Source: Candidatus Thalassospirochaeta sargassi
GTDB taxonomy: Bacteria; Spirochaetota; Spirochaetia; UBA9216
Length of the DNA stretch: 64,000 nt
Assembly (NCBI GenBank): GCA_028532855.1
Contig: JAQQAL010000006.1
Coordinates: 72,757-136,756, forward strand
Direction: 5' to 3'
Shown piece by piece: positions 9,129-18,339 of the stretch. Position 1 is the stretch's first letter. The number at the start of each line of letters is the position of its first letter. The notes under the pieces are model-generated. The model had not been told where the DNA came from, made no database searches, and was given only the letters and a program-made list of their open reading frames with translations. A program made the translations under genes and the position numbers.

Positions 9129-10391
9129 TTAACCCAGCACTTTTTTCAATGCATTCTCAAATCGTGTAAGACCATCATTCATCTCATCTTCACTTATTAC
9201 CAGAGGCGGTATCCATCTGATTATATTTCCATAGGTACCGCAGCCCAGCATAAGCATATTCTCCTCCCTGGCGGCGGCGATAACAGCCTTGGATGTTGCA
9301 GAATCGGGCTGACCGTCTTTGATAAATTCAGTTGCGACCATACATCCGCGCCCGCGAACATCGCCGATAACAGGGTATTCTGCCTGAAGCTGTTTCAGCC
9401 TGTTCATAAGCTGTCCACCGCGTGCAGCAGCGTTTTCATCCAGCTTCTCTTCTTTCATAACACGAACTGTTGCTGCAGCCGCAGCACATCCCATAGTATT
9501 TCCGCTGTAAGTTCCACCGTGAGTACCGGTACGCCATTTTTTCTGCAGCTGTTTTTTATACGCTATTCCTGAAATCGGCATTCCTGATCCCAGCCCCTTT
9601 GCCATCGTCATAATATCGGGCTTGATATCCTCATGCTGAACAGCAAAGAATTTTCCTGTTCTGCAGAAACCCGACTGTACCTCATCGGCAATCATCATGA
9701 TTCCGTATTCATCACATATCTCACGCACAGCCTGCAGAAAACCGGCCGGGGGAACCACATATCCGCCCTCCCCCAGCACAGGCTCAATGATTATTGCTGC
9801 AGTCTCATCGGGCTGACTCTGCCCCGAAAGAGTACGTTTGAGTTCCTTAATTGCAAAAGCCTTTGTTGTATCATCATCCCACCCATAATAAAACGAGTAG
9901 GGATAGGGCGAGACAAAAATACCGCCAGGAAGCGGCTGATAGCCTTCACGATAAACAGTTTTACTGGTGGTCATGGCCATTGTAAGATGAGAACGGCCGT
10001 GGAATGAACCATTGAAGACGATTACATTAGGCCGGCCTGTTGCATGCTTGGCCAGCTTAACGGCTGCCTCAACAGCTTCAGCACCGCTGCTGGCGAAGAA
10101 AAAGGTATCAAGGCCGTCTGGCATGACGGATTTGAGTTCGTTTACAAGATCGACTATGGGTTCATGGTATACGATATTAAACTGACCGAAAATCAGTTTT
10201 TCAGACTGTTTCTTTATTGCCTCGACAACCTTCGGGTGACAATGCCCCGTATTGGTAACACCGATTCCGCTTGTGAAATCGAGATACTTATCTCCGCTTT
10301 TTCCATAAAACCAACAGCCTTCGGCATGATCAACCATTATATCGGTTGCATGAGTCCATACCGAAGATATTCCGTTCATATCGCTGTTCAT
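9129..10391 (-). CDS. gabT: Class III PLP-dependent aminotransferase, probably 4-aminobutyrate aminotransferase
   Basis: The length is 420 aa. The class III aminotransferase layout is present (GxGxxxTGHCHP..., ...DEVQSGFCRTGKFFA..., and a PLP-lysine region TMAKGLGSG). It is the first gene of the GABA-fermentation operon. Confidence 0.75.
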   Translation of the reverse strand: MNSDMNGISSVWTHATDIMVDHAEGCWFYGKSGDKYLDFTSGIGVTNTGHCHPKVVEAIKKQSEKLIFGQFNIVYHEPIVDLVNELKSVMPDGLDTFFFASSGAEAVEAAVKLAKHATGRPNVIVFNGSFHGRSHLTMAMTTSKTVYREGYQPLPGGIFVSPYPYSFYYGWDDDTTKAFAIKELKRTLSGQSQPDETAAIIIEPVLGEGGYVVPPAGFLQAVREICDEYGIMMIADEVQSGFCRTGKFFAVQHEDIKPDIMTMAKGLGSGMPISGIAYKKQLQKKWRTGTHGGTYSGNTMGCAAAAATVRVMKEEKLDENAAARGGQLMNRLKQLQAEYPVIGDVRGRGCMVATEFIKDGQPDSATSKAVIAAAREENMLMLGCGTYGNIIRWIPPLVISEDEMNDGLTRFENALKKVLG

Positions 10392-10465
10392 TAATCTCTC
10401 CTGTTTAAATTCTACAAAGAGATTATAACGAAAGCCGGAAACACCGTTATGTTTTTTCTATATCA

Positions 10466-12922
10466 TTATTCTGATAAACAAAGAGCAGCCGCCTTATTTA
10501 CAGCCTCAACTCCATCTGCTGCATATTCAGTGTTAATCGATTCGGCCCATTCTCGGGTTACAACTGCCCCGCCGACCATTATTTTAGCCTTCAAGCCTTT
10601 GGATTCTGCAAGTTCAACAATCTCGGGCATTCTAATCATGGTGGTTGTCATAAGAGCCGAAAGACCTATAACGTCGGCATTGTTTGCAATTGCAGCGTCA
10701 ACAATGTCTTCCGCTTTAACATCCTTTCCAAGATCTACAACCTCAAAACCATAGTTGCGCAGCATCAGTACAACGATATTCTTACCAATATCATGTATAT
10801 CACCCTGAACGGTTGCAAAGACCAGGGTTCCTTTCTTCGTATCATCGCCGGAAGCCTTAAGTACTGGTTCAAGAACAGTAAAACCCTTTTCCATGGTCTC
10901 CGCACTTGCTATCAGCTGCGGCAGAAAGTATTTTTTCTGATCATATAGATCGCCTACCTTCATTATTGCTGGAATCATCTCATTCTGAAGTAATTTTGAG
11001 GGCAGATACCCGGCCTCTAGGGCACGTTGGCAGAGATCTTCTATATCTTCGCGTCTTCCTTCAATAATTGCGCCTGCGATAAGCTCTTCAAGACTCATTT
11101 CAGGATTAGTCGGGGCTGGGTCTGCCGTTTTTCCGGCATCAGCATCCTTCTTTTCATTAAACTTAGCAATATAGGCTGCAGAATCCATGTCCCTCCCGGT
11201 AAGCACATCTGAGGCGGATTTTGCATTCATCAGAAGTTCGTGCGAGGGGTTGGCGATAGCCCAGGACAAGCCTGCTCCGGCAGCCATTGAGAAAAAGGAT
11301 GAGTTTATCCATCCGCGTTCAGGCAGTCCGAAACTGACGTTTGACAAACCGAGAACCGTCCCGAAGCCGTTCGCAGCAGCCCAGCGTACAGTTTTAAGGG
11401 TCTCGGATGCAGCTTCCTGATTGCTTGAAACCGTCATCACAAGCCCGTCCACAATAAGCTCCTCAGGACCGTACCCGTATTCGGCCGCGGCCGCGGCTAT
11501 TTCCTTTATAAGTTCAATCCGGCGTTCAGCCTTGTCGGGCAGCTCGTTATCGGCAAGCGGTAGAACTACCAGCATTGCACCGTACCGTGCAGCAACCGGA
11601 AGCAGTCTGGCCAGCTTTTCTTTCTCAGCCGATATGGAGTTGATAAGCGCCCTCCCGGGGTAGTATCGGACTGCCGCTTCAACAGCCTCAGGATCGGAAG
11701 AATCTATAACCAGCGGTAGTGCCGCCGCCGGCACAACAGCCGAGATAATATCAAGCAGGGTCTGCTTCTCATCGACCCCGGGCATGCCTGCATTTACATC
11801 GAGCAGGTCTGCGCCTGCGGCAAGCTGATCGCGAGCGAGCTTTTTGACGTAACCCATATTGCCGGCTTTAAGCTCTTCCTGAAGACGGCGTTTACCGGTG
11901 GGGTTGATCCGCTCGCCTATTATTCGTATCGGGCTGTCGGGCAGCGTCTGAAGGAGCTCGGTTGCTGAACTCAGTAAGGATCCCGCAGGCCTGCTGCGTT
12001 TCACCGGCTTGAGAGTTTTCATTTTACCGGATAGTTCTGTAATGTGCTCAGGTCCGGTGCCGCAGCAGCCGCCCATGATGTTTACACCAGCCTCAACAAA
12101 AGATTCCGCGAAAGACCCGAACTCTTCAGCCTGCATCGGAAAAACAGTTTTGCCTTCACGGATTTCCGGCATTCCGGCATTCGGTTTAGCAACAATGGGG
12201 ATATCGACAACAGCACTAATGCGCTTTATAAGCTTCAGCATCTCAGCAGGTCCGGTAGAGCAGTTCATTCCGACTGCATCAGCGCCGAGACTCTGGAGTG
12301 TAACAGCCATGGCCTCGGGTGTTGTACCGTTCAGACTTCGGCCTGACTGGTCAAATGTCATTGAAACAATGGTGAACTTATCTGTAAGCTCCTTGACCGC
12401 AAGCAGAGCGGCCCGGCATTCCTGTATATCAATCTGGGTTTCAATTACAAAAAGGTCTACACCAGCTTCCAGCAGCCCGCTAACCTGTCGTTTAAAACCG
12501 GAAACAGCGTCGTCAAAGTCCAGATCTCCGAAAGGCATTATAAATCTGCCGGAAGGGCCTATATCACCCGCAATCAAGGGACGCCTTTTCCCCTCCGAGG
12601 CAAGCTTGTCTGCAGTCTCTACCGCATTGGCGGCTATAAGACGGTTTACTTCCTCAGTCCGCTCCGCAGCACCGAACTCATCCAGTTTCCACGGGGTTCC
12701 TCCGAAGGTGCATGTATATAGGATATCTGAACCTGATTCAGCATAGGCTCGATAGATATCAGCCGAAACTCCTGGGTTTTCAACAGACCACAGTTCTGGA
12801 CTAACCCCTGCGGGCAACCCCCGCTTCTGCATCTCAGTTCCTGTAGCACCGTCAAGCAGGACAGGACGTTCTGCAATCAGTGCTTTTATTTTATCATTCA
12901 TATTATTCATTATTATCTCCAT
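10466..12922 (-). CDS. metH: Cobalamin-dependent methionine synthase, short form (Hcy-binding, pterin-binding and B12-binding domains; no reactivation domain)
   Basis: An N-terminal homocysteine S-methyltransferase region (LLDGATGT...GGCCGT) is followed by a pterin-binding domain. The B12-binding motif DIHDIGKNIV (DxHxxG) and the C-terminal cap are present. The length is 818 aa, and the true start may be Met8 at 12901. Confidence 0.8.
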   Translation of the reverse strand: MEIIMNNMNDKIKALIAERPVLLDGATGTEMQKRGLPAGVSPELWSVENPGVSADIYRAYAESGSDILYTCTFGGTPWKLDEFGAAERTEEVNRLIAANAVETADKLASEGKRRPLIAGDIGPSGRFIMPFGDLDFDDAVSGFKRQVSGLLEAGVDLFVIETQIDIQECRAALLAVKELTDKFTIVSMTFDQSGRSLNGTTPEAMAVTLQSLGADAVGMNCSTGPAEMLKLIKRISAVVDIPIVAKPNAGMPEIREGKTVFPMQAEEFGSFAESFVEAGVNIMGGCCGTGPEHITELSGKMKTLKPVKRSRPAGSLLSSATELLQTLPDSPIRIIGERINPTGKRRLQEELKAGNMGYVKKLARDQLAAGADLLDVNAGMPGVDEKQTLLDIISAVVPAAALPLVIDSSDPEAVEAAVRYYPGRALINSISAEKEKLARLLPVAARYGAMLVVLPLADNELPDKAERRIELIKEIAAAAAEYGYGPEELIVDGLVMTVSSNQEAASETLKTVRWAAANGFGTVLGLSNVSFGLPERGWINSSFFSMAAGAGLSWAIANPSHELLMNAKSASDVLTGRDMDSAAYIAKFNEKKDADAGKTADPAPTNPEMSLEELIAGAIIEGRREDIEDLCQRALEAGYLPSKLLQNEMIPAIMKVGDLYDQKKYFLPQLIASAETMEKGFTVLEPVLKASGDDTKKGTLVFATVQGDIHDIGKNIVVLMLRNYGFEVVDLGKDVKAEDIVDAAIANNADVIGLSALMTTTMIRMPEIVELAESKGLKAKIMVGGAVVTREWAESINTEYAADGVEAVNKAAALCLSE

Positions 12923-13595
12923 TCGTTATTCCATAAATTGCAGTTACCGATTTTTCGGGCAGCAGCATCGATGATTCAGTTATACTTACACCAAGTCGTT
13001 CCATATCAAGCAAGGAATGAATATCATTCTGAAACCTGATATCAAAATCTCCGTAGCCGGCGGAAAATCTCCTGGTGCTTAATACGCGGCCTTCCCTTAC
13101 AAGCTCTTTTGAGTACAGGGATGCAATCCAGTCGAAACCGTCATCGACAATCTCTGATGCGGCGGCATCTATAACCACAGCGGATGTCATTTTTTTCTCA
13201 AGCTGAAGCTCTTTAATCTCATCTGTAACCCTGCTTCCCCCGGTAATTCCCATTATCAGAATCTCCCCCGACCCGCTTAGAAAATCATACAGCTTGTCAC
13301 TCAAAAATCTAACGTCTGTATCAACTACCTCAACAACTGCAGGAGCTTCAGCATCACTTTCTTTCAGTGATAACGCAGTCCTAAGGCATACGCCCCTGAG
13401 CTCAATCAGATCCGCAGCCTGCGCGATCAGACCGTCAACCTCAGCCAGCATCTCCCCGGAGATCTCGATACTGCGGCTGTTATAACCCAGCCTCTTGAGA
13501 ATTTTATGTCTTGGAACCCTGACCGGGATATAGTTAAAACCGCGAATCGGAAACATTCCTACAATATACCAGTAAAAAGAATGCGGCTCAATCAC
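12903..13595 (-). CDS. Stand-alone methionine synthase reactivation (AdoMet-binding) domain protein
   Basis: The length is 230 aa and it lies immediately upstream of the short metH, overlapping it. RRFSAGYGD resembles the RxSxGYPAC motif of the MetH activation domain. This arrangement is known from Thermotoga and clostridial split MetH. Confidence 0.5.
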   Translation of the reverse strand: MIEPHSFYWYIVGMFPIRGFNYIPVRVPRHKILKRLGYNSRSIEISGEMLAEVDGLIAQAADLIELRGVCLRTALSLKESDAEAPAVVEVVDTDVRFLSDKLYDFLSGSGEILIMGITGGSRVTDEIKELQLEKKMTSAVVIDAAASEIVDDGFDWIASLYSKELVREGRVLSTRRFSAGYGDFDIRFQNDIHSLLDMERLGVSITESSMLLPEKSVTAIYGITNGDNNE

Positions 13596-13720
13596 CGCAA
13601 TGACAGAACCAGGCTTTAGAGATACTTAAGAATATTCACCCACACTAAAGCCTTGAATAATCGTCTGCTTTTAGCTAACCTGAACTCATCCGAATCTTAC
13701 ATAGGAATCAGGAGAAAAAA

Positions 13721-15067
13721 ATGACGAGCTTTATTACTCTAATGCTGATATACACAGCAGCAGGAACCGGAATAGCAGTTTACGCCGGTCGCAGAAGAGG
13801 AAAAGATCAGGCTTCATATTTTATCGGCGGGCGCGGCATGAGCTGGCTGGTAAGCGCATTAACCTATGCTGCAACAACCTATTCATCCTTCATGATGGTA
13901 GGCCTTGTCGGGCTGTCGTATTCCACGGGTATCGGTGCAATGATATTTGAGATGACCTACCTCATTGCAACTATAATACTCCTGTCAATATACGGAAAAA
14001 AGATTTGGCAGATGAGCTGTGAAAAAGAGCTGGTTTCACCAATGGAACTTTTCTCTTTACAATTCGGAAAAGCGACAGGAACAGCCGGAGCCCTGATTTC
14101 AGCTGCTGCACTGATTCCATATACAGCAGCCCAGGTTATCGGACTTTCAATCATATTCCAAAACTTCGGCATAAGCTACGCAACGGGAGTAGCCATTGCG
14201 GCTGTATTGATTTGTGTCTGGTCGCTCATAGGCGGCCTTCGCGGGGTAGCCCTTACTGATGCAGTTCAGGGTTTGTTTATGATTGCCGTGGCAGTTGTTG
14301 CAGTTATCTGGGCCGGAAATAAATTCGGGGGCATTGAAACATCAACCTTCCCCAACAAGGTATGGACCCCCGTGTTCTTTATAAACATTACCCTGCCCTG
14401 GGCCTTCTTTGCACTTACAAATCCTCAGGTTGTTCAGCGGCTATTTATAATAAAGGACAAGGCCGGATTGAAAAAGATGATCATCCTGTTTGCCGCAGTC
14501 GGTACAGCTTATACAGTAATTACCTGCCTGCTTGGATTCAGCGCTAAATATGGAACAATGAATGGCGGCCTCAGTGAAATTACCGGCCGTGATAATGTTA
14601 TCCTCGGCCTGCTGGAAACTATGGGCAGAGGATTGGGCCTTGCAACCGCTTTAAGCATAGTATTCGCAAGCATCTCAACATCCAACTCAATTATCCTGAC
14701 CCTTTCATCAATGTTCACCAGGGATGTGGTACGCAAAACCGATAAAATCTGGTACGGCCGGGTCTTTATTGTTATAATCACTGCTTTCGTCGCGGTTTTT
14801 GCCGCAAGACGAACATCCTACATAGTTGAACTCTCTGTATCGACTTCACGTATCCTGATGTGCTTCCTGCCGCTGTTTTTCGACCTCTTCCATTTCAAAA
14901 AGGGAGGCAGAATTACCGGACCGCTGACAATTATCGGGGGAGCTGCGTCAGCAATCCTGTTCGGCCGTATTGGACTCCAGCTTAGCTCAGTCTGGACCCT
15001 TGCAGCAGCATTCGGTTTTTATTTTACAGGGGTGATTTTGGACAGTCGAAAGCTTAGTCGAAACTGA
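13721..15067 (+). CDS. Sodium:solute symporter family (SSF) transporter
   Basis: The length is 448 aa with about 12-13 predicted TM segments and an SSF-like glycine-rich N-terminus (YFIGGRGMSWLVSAL). Confidence 0.65.
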   Translation: MTSFITLMLIYTAAGTGIAVYAGRRRGKDQASYFIGGRGMSWLVSALTYAATTYSSFMMVGLVGLSYSTGIGAMIFEMTYLIATIILLSIYGKKIWQMSCEKELVSPMELFSLQFGKATGTAGALISAAALIPYTAAQVIGLSIIFQNFGISYATGVAIAAVLICVWSLIGGLRGVALTDAVQGLFMIAVAVVAVIWAGNKFGGIETSTFPNKVWTPVFFINITLPWAFFALTNPQVVQRLFIIKDKAGLKKMIILFAAVGTAYTVITCLLGFSAKYGTMNGGLSEITGRDNVILGLLETMGRGLGLATALSIVFASISTSNSIILTLSSMFTRDVVRKTDKIWYGRVFIVIITAFVAVFAARRTSYIVELSVSTSRILMCFLPLFFDLFHFKKGGRITGPLTIIGGAASAILFGRIGLQLSSVWTLAAAFGFYFTGVILDSRKLSRN

Positions 15068-16979
15068 TAATCTCACCGGGAGATTTGAGCTCATAACCGC
15101 CTAGTTTTTCAAGCTCGGCTGCAAATTCCGCCGACTGCAGGCAGGAAATGAAGGCCTGCAGAGACGGCACGTCAAGCATGTCTTTTCTGACGACAAAATC
15201 ATATTCTTCAGTTCCAACTGGAATAAAATCAAGCCCGTTTACCGAGGCCGCACTGTATACGCCTAGACCGGTATCGGCAGTTCCTGATTTAACTGCGGAG
15301 GCAACCGCCATATGGGTAGTCATCTCGCGAGTGTATCCGTTGATTGAATCAGGTGATATTCCCTTCCCACCTAGCATGTAATCAAGCAGAACCCTGGTTC
15401 CGGCACCACGCTGACGGTTGATATAGACAATTCCCTTTCCCTTGTCACACGGTAAATCCTCAACTGAAGTAATGTTTTTCGGGTTGCCGGGTTTTACAAT
15501 AAAGCCCTGGGTCCGGCCCACACCCTTTATCAGCGCAAAATCGGAAGCCTGGAAATATCGGCCGAAGAGATACTCATTATACTTTCCGTCCTCAGGGTTC
15601 AGCAGATGAACCGGAGCTATGTGGCATTCTCCCTTGCGAATAGCCATTACACCACCCATACTTCCCTGGTGTGTTGACGACAGTCCTGTATGACTTCCGG
15701 CCCTATGCATCAGTTCAGTTATTACATCGAGGAGCAGATCATGACTGCCGATACTGACTAGTCTGTTGTCAATTTCAGCCGAGGACCGTGTCAGCCTGAA
15801 CTCAACCTCTGCGCCGGCCTCCCAACCTTCACACTCCTGAGGGATTTCCAGGATACCGTCAGCCTGGACAAGACTCATTGTTATCCCTGCCCCGCGGTTC
15901 AGAGGGCTTATAACCATCCGACCTCCGACACTGCCGCATTTCACACGGACAAACTCACGGTGTTCGAGCGATGACGGTATTCTGCGAGTCAAAAAACCAG
16001 TCAGGAATTCCTCATCAGCTGCACCTATCCCCTGCATCAGTTCTATCAGAGGTTTAACCAACCTGTCAAAAATGACATAACCTGACACCGGGTAGCCGGG
16101 CAATCCTATAAGAGGCTTGTTCCCCGCCCGCCCGAAGATGGCGGGTTTACCGGGTTTGACTGCAACCCCGTGAAAGAGGAGCTCGCCAAAATGCCTGATA
16201 GTATCGGCGGAATAATCCTCAGTGCCTGCTGAAGAACCGGCGATGATTATAACCGCATCAGCCTGCTCTAGCGCTTTAGCAAATGCTTTCTTAATAAGTT
16301 CGGGATCATCTATTACAGGTTTCATCCGTAGGGGTTCAGCCCCGGCGTCCCGAACCATTGCCGCAAACATCCTTGAATTTGAATCAATTATCCCGCCATC
16401 GGTCATTTCTGACGGGTCTTCAATAATCTCTGTACCTGTGGGTATTATGGCAACAACAGGCCTTCTAAAGACCTCAATCTCAGTGATGCCGCCGGCCGTC
16501 ATTGCACCTATATCTACCGCCCTTATCCGCTGAAATGACGGGATTATCAGCTCGCCTGCGGCTATATCCTCACCTACATGGCGGACATGCTGCCATATTC
16601 TGGCCGGAGCTTTTATAACCACCCGTTCATCATCCGCTTCAAGCAGATCTTCCACCATTATTACGGCATTCCACGGTTCTGTTACAGGGTCTCCTGTATC
16701 AATCCATTTGAAACCGCTCCCCGCAGCAAGCTCAAGATGAGTCCTTTCATCTGCTGCCTCGGTGTCTGCTGAAATTACGGCAATCCCGTCCATCGCCGCA
16801 GCATTATGATTAGGCGATGAAAGAACAGCCTTTACCGATGCAGCTGAAACCCGCCCCAGAGCATCATAAACAGAGACGGTTTCAACACCTGTAAGTTCGG
16901 CTGAACGGAATTCAACCGCCAGCCGGGCCCCGGCCTCTTCGAATCTCAAATTATCCAGATAAACATTTCTTTTCTTCAT
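15054..16979 (-). CDS. MoeA-family molybdopterin molybdotransferase fused to a C-terminal periplasmic-binding-protein-like (PBP) domain
   Basis: A MoeA core spans the first ~400 aa (GELLFHGVAVKPGKP, LPGYPVSG). The C-terminal ~230 aa look like a type-2 PBP fold (GSHDLL...GTADTGLG). Confidence 0.65.
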   Translation of the reverse strand: MKKRNVYLDNLRFEEAGARLAVEFRSAELTGVETVSVYDALGRVSAASVKAVLSSPNHNAAAMDGIAVISADTEAADERTHLELAAGSGFKWIDTGDPVTEPWNAVIMVEDLLEADDERVVIKAPARIWQHVRHVGEDIAAGELIIPSFQRIRAVDIGAMTAGGITEIEVFRRPVVAIIPTGTEIIEDPSEMTDGGIIDSNSRMFAAMVRDAGAEPLRMKPVIDDPELIKKAFAKALEQADAVIIIAGSSAGTEDYSADTIRHFGELLFHGVAVKPGKPAIFGRAGNKPLIGLPGYPVSGYVIFDRLVKPLIELMQGIGAADEEFLTGFLTRRIPSSLEHREFVRVKCGSVGGRMVISPLNRGAGITMSLVQADGILEIPQECEGWEAGAEVEFRLTRSSAEIDNRLVSIGSHDLLLDVITELMHRAGSHTGLSSTHQGSMGGVMAIRKGECHIAPVHLLNPEDGKYNEYLFGRYFQASDFALIKGVGRTQGFIVKPGNPKNITSVEDLPCDKGKGIVYINRQRGAGTRVLLDYMLGGKGISPDSINGYTREMTTHMAVASAVKSGTADTGLGVYSAASVNGLDFIPVGTEEYDFVVRKDMLDVPSLQAFISCLQSAEFAAELEKLGGYELKSPGEIISFD

Positions 16980-18205
16980 AGCGGATAAACCCTCACTGCA
17001 GTTCCTTTGCTGTAACCCTCGGTATTAACCGGAATCCGAACCGAGCCTGAGGCTGACGCAAGCAGGCTTATCAGCCCGGATTCACCATGTACGGGAACAG
17101 CTTCATAGGCCTCTCCGTTCCGGCGCAGGTTCACCATCTGCCAGGCCTCACGACCGGGGGCTCCGTTCACATTCTCTGTTAAAAAAGCCTCTACCCAGCT
17201 TTCAATCGGCTGCTCAGAGCAGTTCATAAGCCTTACTAGATAGCTTCCTATTATACTGAAAACAAGCATTGCGGAAACAGGATGTCCGGGAAGGCCTATT
17301 ACCGGCTTGCCGCCGGAATTAGCAACAATAGTAGGCTTTCCGGGTTTAAAAGCAATTCCGTGACAGAGTATGCCTGGCTCGCCAAGGGAAGCGATAACCT
17401 GCTGCGAATAGTCCTTAACTCCGACGGATGAACCGCCGGACAGCATTACAATGTCACTTTCTTCCCGGCATTGCACAAGCGTCTCGCGCAGCAGCTGTGC
17501 ATCATCACCCACAACCTGGCGATGTACCACTCGGCAGCCTAGTTCCTCCGCAGCGGCGGCAATTGTGTATGTGTTTATGTCTCTAACCTGTCCAAGCCTG
17601 ATATCATCATCCGGGCCGGCAATCTCATCGCCTGTTGAAATAACCGACACAGCAAGTTTTCTGTATACCTCAACCCTCGTTAAACCGATTGACGTCAGCA
17701 CGCCAAGATCGGCAGCTGTAAGTTTCCGCCCTTTCTTCAGAATAAGTTCACCCTTTTTAATGTCGTCACCGACGGAGATTACATGTTCTCTGGCGGCAGC
17801 CGGCCTGTAGATAGCAACCTCATTATCGGTAAGCTTTTCAGTATATTCAATCATTACAACCGCATCAGCACCATCCGGCACCATACCCCCGGTAGGCACA
17901 TAGACTGCATCACCGGGACCTACTGCCGTATCCGCCGGATGCCCCATCTTTACCTCGTCCCGCAGCATTAAAAATGCAGGAAGACTGTCGGAAGCACCCG
18001 AAATATCAGCAGACCTTAGCGCGTATCCATCCATTGTAGAGCGTCGAAACGGGGGCACTAGTTCAGCTGAAGCAGTATCACAGGCAAGAAAACGTCCGGA
18101 GGCTACACTGACATCTATGGTCTCAGTATCAAGCCTGTATGAAGAAAAATTTTCCGCAAGTAAGGCTTTAAGATCTTCTATTGTAATAACATTAAGCAAT
18201 TCCAT
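16976..18205 (-). CDS. moeA: Molybdopterin molybdotransferase MoeA
   Basis: The length is 409 aa, with MoeA/gephyrin-E hallmarks (LSGGSSVGVKDY, FKPGKP, GLPGHPVSAMLVF). An ATGA overlap links it to the downstream MoeA-PBP gene. Confidence 0.8.
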   Translation of the reverse strand: MELLNVITIEDLKALLAENFSSYRLDTETIDVSVASGRFLACDTASAELVPPFRRSTMDGYALRSADISGASDSLPAFLMLRDEVKMGHPADTAVGPGDAVYVPTGGMVPDGADAVVMIEYTEKLTDNEVAIYRPAAAREHVISVGDDIKKGELILKKGRKLTAADLGVLTSIGLTRVEVYRKLAVSVISTGDEIAGPDDDIRLGQVRDINTYTIAAAAEELGCRVVHRQVVGDDAQLLRETLVQCREESDIVMLSGGSSVGVKDYSQQVIASLGEPGILCHGIAFKPGKPTIVANSGGKPVIGLPGHPVSAMLVFSIIGSYLVRLMNCSEQPIESWVEAFLTENVNGAPGREAWQMVNLRRNGEAYEAVPVHGESGLISLLASASGSVRIPVNTEGYSKGTAVRVYPL

Positions 18206-18339
18206 ACAGTTATAAAATCACAACATCAAATGAAAAACAAGGCTAATTCTAATCAAGATTTTTTTTTTACTTAACCTTTAAGCTAACATAGTTATGATAT
18301 AATTAGTAAAAAGAAACTATTACTGCGGGGTAATGCTAA

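Noticed and set aside
8838-9572. 244-aa plus-strand ORF
   Set aside because: It is antisense to the gabT aminotransferase, has low-complexity composition and no motifs.
12009-12746. 245-aa ORF on the plus strand
   Set aside because: It lies entirely antisense within the well-supported metH gene. It is Ser/Ala/Pro-rich and low-complexity, which is typical of a shadow ORF.
13596-13720. Cobalamin or SAM riboswitch upstream of the metH operon
   Set aside because: No recognisable B12-box or SAM-I conserved core was seen by eye in this 125-nt region. This cannot be excluded without a covariance-model scan.
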